Source of the DNA: Candidatus Latescibacterota bacterium
GTDB taxonomy: Bacteria > Latescibacterota > UBA2968
Assembly: GCA_965204375.1 (NCBI GenBank)
Contig: OZ241986.1
Coordinates: 672,001-736,000, forward strand
Direction: 5' to 3'
DNA: 64,000 bases
The notes under the pieces were generated by a model. It searched no databases and had not been told where the DNA came from. It saw only the letters and a list, made by a program, of their open reading frames with translations. Positions within the stretch are counted from its first letter, which is position 1; each line of letters begins with the position of its first letter. The translations under genes were made by a program, and so were the position numbers. Of this stretch, positions 57,518 through 64,000 are shown piece by piece.

Positions 57518-58770
57518 GCGAGATTACTGAACTCTGTCTACGTGATGTGAGGTGCTTCGAGGGACGGCAATCTGCCCATTTGGGCCGAATTACTTTACTC
57601 GTAGGTGAGAACAGCACTGGCAAGTCGACCTTTCTTGGCTGCTATAAAGTGTTCGCCAAATTGTCAAATTTTATTGGGCTACAAGACAAAAACTATTTTG
57701 ATGAAGAGCCGTTCCGTATGGGAAATTTTGACACGGTAGCTCGTTCCGGTAACGAAAATTTTTTCGTTGGTGGTGCCTTCAAGGATCACTGCCATACCGG
57801 TGTCGAGTTTACGTTTACAGAGAATGATCGTGGCCTGCCGGCCGAGCAGAGAATCAGGCTGAAATTTGAAGAAGGCTACGGCAAACAGATCACTCTGGAC
57901 ATATCGTGTCCGCTGGAGTCGCCCAGATTGTGGAGATTTGAAGGTCCCGATTTCAGATTCGACCTTGACAGGTCCGAAGTGTCTTATGTTCAATTTTCAA
58001 CGTGGCTATCGAATTATGTACGCAATGGATTTCTTCCGTTCTTTGGTGAATCGTCGAGCTTCAGAAAGCGCGAGGGTAGAGACGCTACTATTGAACGGCA
58101 AATTGAGTTTGGGAAGTTCGTAAATTTTCTTAGAGCAAGGCTTCCGCTTCCAGAGGAATCAGCATTTATTGTTGAGACGCTTGATCCAGCAGCACCGCCG
58201 CGAGTACGTGTATATGATACATCCCCTTTGGGTGACGAAGATGACGTAGGACTAAAGAAATACCTAATGGAGGCAGGTAAGAATCTCGGTCTCTTTTCTG
58301 GTATTGACGTTCGGTACAGAACAGTAGACCGTTTATTTGAATTGTTAGTCGAAAGGTCCGGAAAGCAGTACAACATCGTGGATGTGGGCTACGGTGTGCA
58401 TAGTATTCTGCCTTTGCTCCGGGCAATTTATGGAAAGCCGAAAGGTACCGTTTTTCTACTACAACAACCAGAAGTTCATCTGCATCCGGTAGCGCAAGCG
58501 CAGCTAGCACAACTGATGGCCGAAAGTTCGTATAGATTCATTATAGAAACACATAGTGATCATCTTATTGATCGCCTTCGCATTTGCACCATGCGTAAGG
58601 ACATAAAACCGAAAGACCTTTCGATAGTATATTTTGAGCCGACTGACGGTGGGGCGAAGTCTCGGATATACAGCATTTCCGTCGATGATAACGGAAATTT
58701 GGTGAACGAGCCAGAAGGCTATCGGAGGTTCTTTCTCGACGAAACCGAAAAGCTGCTGGGATTTTTCTAA
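57514..58770 (+). CDS. ABC-type (AAA_21/DUF3696-like) ATPase
   Basis: LVGENSTGKST, DVGYGV..ILP signature, LLQQPE.HLHP..Q, IETHS, C-terminal D..G....P.G...FF. Confidence 0.9.
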   Translation: MSEITELCLRDVRCFEGRQSAHLGRITLLVGENSTGKSTFLGCYKVFAKLSNFIGLQDKNYFDEEPFRMGNFDTVARSGNENFFVGGAFKDHCHTGVEFTFTENDRGLPAEQRIRLKFEEGYGKQITLDISCPLESPRLWRFEGPDFRFDLDRSEVSYVQFSTWLSNYVRNGFLPFFGESSSFRKREGRDATIERQIEFGKFVNFLRARLPLPEESAFIVETLDPAAPPRVRVYDTSPLGDEDDVGLKKYLMEAGKNLGLFSGIDVRYRTVDRLFELLVERSGKQYNIVDVGYGVHSILPLLRAIYGKPKGTVFLLQQPEVHLHPVAQAQLAQLMAESSYRFIIETHSDHLIDRLRICTMRKDIKPKDLSIVYFEPTDGGAKSRIYSISVDDNGNLVNEPEGYRRFFLDETEKLLGFF

Positions 58771-58803
58771 AAAAGAAAACAGGAATTTTTGTAAAGCAAG
58801 TCT

Positions 58804-59289
58804 ATGTGTACTAGAATTATTATAGATGTAAATGTGCTTTCTGAAACTCTTGCTGACAGTACGAAAACCGGAGATCCGTTGCTACGCCGATGGATCACTC
58901 GTGGCCACGGGATTGTCGTGTATTCGGATACTGGAAAGTATCATCAAGAGATGGCAAGGGGAAACAAGAAGACCTTGGAATTGTTGGGGCAATACAGGAG
59001 GGCTAATCGGTTGTATCAAGTGACTGAGAAGCAACTTCAGGATGCGAGAAAGGGAATAAGCAAGTTGGACACCCGTTCCAATGATAAACATATACTGACG
59101 TTGGCTTACGCGAGCAGGGCTCTCATCTTATGCACTAAGGATAAAGATTTACAGCAAGATTTTACCAACACGAAATTTTTGCCGAAGATTGGAAAAAGCA
59201 ATAGATCTGTATATCCAATGAAGCAAGCTCGAAAGATACGAAGTGAATTTCTAGAAAAAAGAAAGTGTCCAAACCGCAGCATAGGTTGA
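58804..59289 (+). CDS. PIN-domain nuclease-like protein
   Basis: IIIDVNV, SND.HIL.LA, LCT.D..L..DF. Confidence 0.75.
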   Translation: MCTRIIIDVNVLSETLADSTKTGDPLLRRWITRGHGIVVYSDTGKYHQEMARGNKKTLELLGQYRRANRLYQVTEKQLQDARKGISKLDTRSNDKHILTLAYASRALILCTKDKDLQQDFTNTKFLPKIGKSNRSVYPMKQARKIRSEFLEKRKCPNRSIG

Positions 59290-59496
59290 GCATGTGATAT
59301 TTTGAATTATGCTACACGATCAAAGTAGTAACCAATGGTAAAAAATTAAAACGTTTCCTCAATCTATTGTCCAAGTTTGAGTATAAAGTCTGGCTATGAT
59401 AGCTCCTATTACCCCTGCTTAGTAAGGCGTAAGCCATTTATATATATTGCTTTATAGAAGGTGTTTATCCCATCACTCTAAACCAGAGGTTTTTTT

Positions 59497-59802
59497 ATGC
59501 CGACTTATGAATATGCGTGTACTGCATGCGAACACGAATTTGAAGCGTTTCACTCCATCACTGCCGAACCCATTCGCCTGTGCCCCGAATGCGGCGAGCA
59601 AAAGGTCGAGCGTCTCATCAGCGGCGGTGCGGGTCTGATCTTTAAGGGATCGGGTTTTTACATCACCGATTATCGAAGTGAAGGATACAAAGAGGCTGCG
59701 AAGAAGGACAAAGAAGCGTCTAAAGAAAAGAAATCTGACAAGAAGAAATCAGAGACCAAAAAGACTTCTGAATCAAAGAGTTCAGACTCTAAAGCGGCGT
59801 AA
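59497..59802 (+). CDS. FmdB-family zinc ribbon protein
   Basis: MPTYEY.C..C...F, CP.CG, FKGSGFY.TDY. Confidence 0.95.
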   Translation: MPTYEYACTACEHEFEAFHSITAEPIRLCPECGEQKVERLISGGAGLIFKGSGFYITDYRSEGYKEAAKKDKEASKEKKSDKKKSETKKTSESKSSDSKAA

Positions 59803-59845
59803 AAAAAGGGAATTTTAGCCCTCTGACAGATAGAGCGCTACATCC

Positions 59846-59995
59846 ATGAATACAACGTATAGAGACACCATCGCCCATCTAATCGATAGGTCTCCCTTTG
59901 AGATTGAGCCTGATGTGCAAATAACTGGACATGCGCCTACTATGGCGAGTTCTATGTTTCTTACGAACAAAGAGCAGGGCGACTGGGGAGAAGAG
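59846..59995 (+). pseudogene. N-terminal 50-codon relic of an AccI-family restriction endonuclease, fused in frame to the methyltransferase
   Basis: PTMASSMFLTNKEQGDW resembles the R.AccI N-terminal motif as recalled (PTQASSNFITNKEQGDWAE). Confidence 0.72.
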
Positions 59996-61528
59996 ATGCA
60001 GGTTAATCAAGCCAAATACCTGCGGCGCGTTGGCGAGAAGCATCGCAAGAGATATGGGCAGTTCTTCACTCGTCCTGAAGTAGCCGCGTTTATGGTGCGG
60101 TGGGTCTTGAAATCCGGGCAGAGGACCCTCTTTGACCCCAGCTTTGGTCTGGGTGCTCTTTTTGATCCCATTGCTGACGACCCGAGCATCGTGTTCGCTG
60201 GGAGTGAGAAAGATCCCAAAATTCTCGATTTCTGGACAGGCGAGGCAGGCGGGCGGAAAGTGGATATTGAGCATGAAGACTATCTGCTCTCATGGGGGAA
60301 ATCGCACGCCAATATTGTCTGCAATCCGCCTTACATGCGCTTCCAGAAGTTTATTGGCAGGGACTCTGTGTTCAAGGCGTTTGTCGATAATCTGGGCTTG
60401 AAATTGTCGGGATATACGAATACGGCATCCGCATTTCTGCTGAAGTCGCTCTCCGAACTGAATGGATCGGGACGGCTTGCGTATATTATGCCTCTTGAGT
60501 TTCTCAATACTGGATATGGGACTATCGTTAAGAAACGCCTTATCGAGAGTGGTCATCTTGTCTCTATTATCAATCTTAAATGCGAGAAAGATATCTTTCC
60601 CGATGCGATAACCTCAGTGGGGATAATCCTGTACGACGCCCGTCGGCAATATTCCCACGTTGATTTCCATATCGCTGATTCTATTTCCTCACTGAAGAAT
60701 ATCCTTGAATGTCAACCAACCACCAGAGTCGCATTGGATCGGCTCAACCCCGAGTCGAAGTGGTTGTCATACTTCCAAAAAAATACATTTGACATCAATC
60801 ATCGAATGGCTGTGCCCCTAAACTATTATGGTCATTTCAGCAGAGGCATTGCCACCGGAGCCAACGAGTTTTTTGTTTTGAAACCGTCTCGCGTCAAGAC
60901 ACTGGGGATCAATGGTTCGGAGGTTATTCCCTGCATTACTAAAAGTTCTCAAATCCGGCAATCAGTATTTGGTCGCGCAGACTACGATGATTTAGTCAGA
61001 AACGACGCTCCTGTTCTGCTATTTAGCGTCAATAAGACGCACTCGAAACACGCGGCAGATTATATTCGGAGTGGAGAGCAAAGGGGGTATAACACGCGCT
61101 TTTTGACGAAAAATCGAAATCCCTGGTACAAGACGGAAAGGAGAGAACCCGCACCGCTTCTTCTTGGCGTCTTTTCACGCGGAGGTTACAAGATTATTCG
61201 CAATAGAAGTGAGGTGTTGAATTTGACGTGTTTTCACGGTTTTCGACCAAACATCTTTGGAATGGCATATCTCGATCATCTGTTTCTCTATCTGGCATCT
61301 TCGTCAGGGCGAGACATAGTTTCATTATCAGTTCGGAGATACGGCGACGCGCTGGATAAGTTTGAGCCAAATGACTTGAACAATGCGCTTGTCCCAAGCC
61401 AGCAGGTGTTTGATGAACTTTCGACTAAGGAGGTTACCAAGGCTGTTCGCTATGCGGAAAGAACCGGAAAGACGCCTAGCTGGATAGACGCTTTCTTTGA
61501 GAGATTGAAGACGCCAGCCGATAGTTAG
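59996..61528 (+). CDS. Type II N6-adenine DNA methyltransferase (gamma class, M.AccI-like)
   Basis: HRK.YGQFFT, DPSFGLG motif I, NPPY motif IV, RGIATGAN.FF, R.YG..L.KFEP.D; own RBS ggag before ATG 59996. Confidence 0.9.
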   Translation: MQVNQAKYLRRVGEKHRKRYGQFFTRPEVAAFMVRWVLKSGQRTLFDPSFGLGALFDPIADDPSIVFAGSEKDPKILDFWTGEAGGRKVDIEHEDYLLSWGKSHANIVCNPPYMRFQKFIGRDSVFKAFVDNLGLKLSGYTNTASAFLLKSLSELNGSGRLAYIMPLEFLNTGYGTIVKKRLIESGHLVSIINLKCEKDIFPDAITSVGIILYDARRQYSHVDFHIADSISSLKNILECQPTTRVALDRLNPESKWLSYFQKNTFDINHRMAVPLNYYGHFSRGIATGANEFFVLKPSRVKTLGINGSEVIPCITKSSQIRQSVFGRADYDDLVRNDAPVLLFSVNKTHSKHAADYIRSGEQRGYNTRFLTKNRNPWYKTERREPAPLLLGVFSRGGYKIIRNRSEVLNLTCFHGFRPNIFGMAYLDHLFLYLASSSGRDIVSLSVRRYGDALDKFEPNDLNNALVPSQQVFDELSTKEVTKAVRYAERTGKTPSWIDAFFERLKTPADS

Positions 61529-61603
61529 AGTTCTTTCGTAATTTTATTTCAAAGTTTCATCGTAATATAGATAACTACTAGGAAAACTACTAGGAGGTCA
61601 TAC

Positions 61604-63526
61604 ATGAGCACCGTAATAGGCATTGATCTGGGAACGACTAATTCTTGTGTCGCCGTGATGGAAGGCGGCGACCCGGTTGTTGTTCCAAATTCAGAAGGGG
61701 GACGGACCACGCCCTCTGTCGTTGCATTCGCACAAGATGGGGAGCGCCTCATTGGTGAGGTTGCCAAAAGGCAGGCTGTGACCAATCCGGCCAAGACTAT
61801 TTATTCTATCAAGCGATTTATGGGGCGCCGCCGCGAAGAGGTGAGTACTGAAATTTCTGAAGTGCCCTATACGATCGCGAGTGACGCCAATGGGCTGGCG
61901 TCTGTACAACTCGACGACAAGACATATACCCCGCCCGAGATTTCGGCGATGGTGCTTCAAAAGATGAAGCAAACCGCTGAGGATTATCTCGGCGAAACCA
62001 TTACCCAGGCTGTGGTCACGGTTCCCGCATATTTTAACGATGCACAGAGACAGGCCACCAAAGATGCCGGAAAAATTGCTGGCCTCGACGTGTTGCGCAT
62101 TGTCAATGAACCAACGGCTGCATCACTGGCTTATGGCCTGGACAAAAAGAGCGATGAGAAAATCGCGGTTTTCGATCTCGGTGGCGGCACATTTGATATT
62201 TCCATTCTCGAACTGGGCGATGGCGTTTTTGAAGTCAAATCCACCAATGGCGATACCCATTTGGGTGGCGATGATTTTGATCAGCGCGTCATTGACTTTC
62301 TGGCTGAGGAATTTTTGAAAGATAATAGCGTGGATTTGCGCCAGGATCCCATGGCCTTGCAACGCTTGAAAGAAGCGGCAGAAAAAGCCAAGTGCGAATT
62401 ATCGACTTCCGCATCTACCGATATCAATCTGCCGTTTATCACGGCCGACGCCTCTGGCCCCAAGCACCTCAATGTCAATCTTTCACGCGCGAAATTTGAG
62501 CAACTCGTCGATGACCTCGTCCAGCGCACGAAAGGGCCTTGTGAACAGGCTATTCGGGATGCAGGCCTTTCGGCTTCTGATATCGATGAGGTGATTCTGG
62601 TAGGTGGCTCAACGCGCATCCCCAAAGTACAGGAAATTGTGCAGGAAGTTTTTGGCAAAGAGCCTAACAGGGGGGTAAATCCCGATGAAGTCGTCGCCAT
62701 TGGTGCGGCTATTCAAGCGGGGGTGCTCTCTGGGGATGTGACCGATGTGCTGTTGCTCGATGTGACGCCGCTCTCACTGGGTATTGAAACGCTCGGCGGC
62801 GTGATGACGCGCCTTATTGATCGCAACACCACAATTCCATCGAAAAAGGCTGAAGTGTTTTCAACTGCTGCCGACAGCCAGCCTTCGGTGGAGATTCACG
62901 TTTTGCAGGGCGAGCGCGATATGGCAGTAGATAATCGCACCATTGGCCGGTTCCATCTCGATGGTATTCCGCCTGCGCCGCGCGGTGTACCGCAAATTGA
63001 GGTCACATTTGACATCGATGCAAATGGTATTCTCAATGTCTCGGCAAAAGACAAGGGTACGGGCAAAGAGCAGAATATTCGCATTGAGGCCTCATCTGGA
63101 TTGTCAGACGCGGAAATTGATAAAATGGTCAATGACGCACAGGCAAATGCGGCTGAAGACAAGAAGAAACGCGAGGCTGTGGAAATCAAAAATGCGGCCG
63201 AGCAGCAGGTGCATCAGACCGAAAAACAGATGGAAGAGATGGGCGACAAGGTCAGCGCTGAGACGAAGGCCAAAGTGACCGAGGCTGTTGATAAGGTTAA
63301 AGATGCCCTCAAGGGGGACAATGTCGATGCGATTAAATCGGCGAATGAAAATCTCACCCAGGTCTGGCATCAGGTTGCGAGTGAACTCTATCAACAAGCT
63401 TCAGCAGAGGAGGGACCTCAAGGTGCGCCAGGAGAGCCACCACCAGGTGGCGCAGAAAGTCCCAAACAAGGCGATGATGGGACTGTTGACGCTGAATATG
63501 AAGTTGTGGATGATAAAAAGAAGTAA
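61604..63526 (+). CDS. dnaK: Chaperone DnaK
   Basis: [40 protein letters not shown]. Confidence 0.99.
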   Translation: MSTVIGIDLGTTNSCVAVMEGGDPVVVPNSEGGRTTPSVVAFAQDGERLIGEVAKRQAVTNPAKTIYSIKRFMGRRREEVSTEISEVPYTIASDANGLASVQLDDKTYTPPEISAMVLQKMKQTAEDYLGETITQAVVTVPAYFNDAQRQATKDAGKIAGLDVLRIVNEPTAASLAYGLDKKSDEKIAVFDLGGGTFDISILELGDGVFEVKSTNGDTHLGGDDFDQRVIDFLAEEFLKDNSVDLRQDPMALQRLKEAAEKAKCELSTSASTDINLPFITADASGPKHLNVNLSRAKFEQLVDDLVQRTKGPCEQAIRDAGLSASDIDEVILVGGSTRIPKVQEIVQEVFGKEPNRGVNPDEVVAIGAAIQAGVLSGDVTDVLLLDVTPLSLGIETLGGVMTRLIDRNTTIPSKKAEVFSTAADSQPSVEIHVLQGERDMAVDNRTIGRFHLDGIPPAPRGVPQIEVTFDIDANGILNVSAKDKGTGKEQNIRIEASSGLSDAEIDKMVNDAQANAAEDKKKREAVEIKNAAEQQVHQTEKQMEEMGDKVSAETKAKVTEAVDKVKDALKGDNVDAIKSANENLTQVWHQVASELYQQASAEEGPQGAPGEPPPGGAESPKQGDDGTVDAEYEVVDDKKK

Positions 63527-63540
63527 AGGTTGAATATCAC

Positions 63541-63580
63541 AACAAAACGCCGAGGGTGAATAGCTCTCGGCGTTTTTGTT
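63541..63580. terminator. Bidirectional intrinsic terminator
   Basis: aaaacgccgagg...ctcggcgttttt between convergent genes. Confidence 0.85.
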
Positions 63581-63598
63581 TAAGTAGGGGAGCGCTAA

Positions 63599-64000
63599 TC
63601 ATGACGCTTTTTCAATTGTCACGCGAATCGCACTCAGAGGTTTGATAAAGCGGAACCTGACGGTTTTGCTGCGCGTGTCAAACCCGCCTGTGCCAATATC
63701 CTGGCTCGACAATTCCCGCAAAAAGTTTGCGACCCAGGCTGTGTCGCGTTGCCATTGTGGTACGGCATTTCGGATAAACAAGCGCACGAGGTCTGCATTG
63801 CGATTTAAGTCGGCATCGGATACGTCGAGCACTGTTACCATAATTTCGGATCGCAACAAATCGGCTTCTGGACCCCAGAATTCCAGTACGACTTGTCCAC
63901 GGCCCGTTGCACCAAAATGGCGGGGCTGACCCTCGAGTGGATCTACTTCTTCCAGTATCAGATCATCGGGCATCCCCGCGATCATGCCATCAATGGATAG
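63599..64000 (-). CDS. Hypothetical protein, 3' part (frame open to the window edge)
   Basis: ORF ends at the terminator; no upstream stop within the window. Confidence 0.55.
   Translation of the reverse strand, partial: LSIDGMIAGMPDDLILEEVDPLEGQPRHFGATGRGQVVLEFWGPEADLLRSEIMVTVLDVSDADLNRNADLVRLFIRNAVPQWQRDTAWVANFLRELSSQDIGTGGFDTRSKTVRFRFIKPLSAIRVTIEKAS

Noticed and set aside
61530-61603. CIRCE (HrcA) operator before dnaK
   Set aside because: No TTAGCACTC-N9-GAGTGCTAA match

Overview
Bacterial chromosome segment. Gene content (three PhyH dioxygenases, dockerin-like/WD40/CARDB surface proteins, many TA modules) suggests, by inference only, an FCB-group Latescibacterota/Gemmatimonadota-like organism, possibly a sponge symbiont. 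The left edge is the end of an AT-rich integrative element whose large serine recombinase ORF reads through the antisense strand of tRNA-Asn. A housekeeping backbone follows: rpiB, tadA, tRNA-Ser x2, tRNA-Ala, SRP RNA, dnaX-ybaB-recR-pgsA-pgpA-thpR-recA, recX-alaS-GGGP synthase-pfkB-ptsH-ptsI-metK, an Omp85/DUF4390/NtrY-NtrX-like module, catabolic genes, an XPB-like helicase, DUF790, Sir2, M16 peptidase, sucC, fmdB and dnaK. Accessory insertions are a 988-aa beta-propeller surface protein between recA and recX, a ~10 kb TA/defence hotspot (36.8-46.3 kb), a decayed AccI-like R-M locus, and a five-gene cassette after sucC (55.2-59.3 kb). That cassette is the best candidate for a new system: tandem ubiquitin-like protein ending in Ala, cysteine-free E2-like protein, JAB-E1 fusion, translationally coupled ABC-type ATPase, and PIN nuclease. 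All family assignments come from motif recognition by eye; no database search was run.
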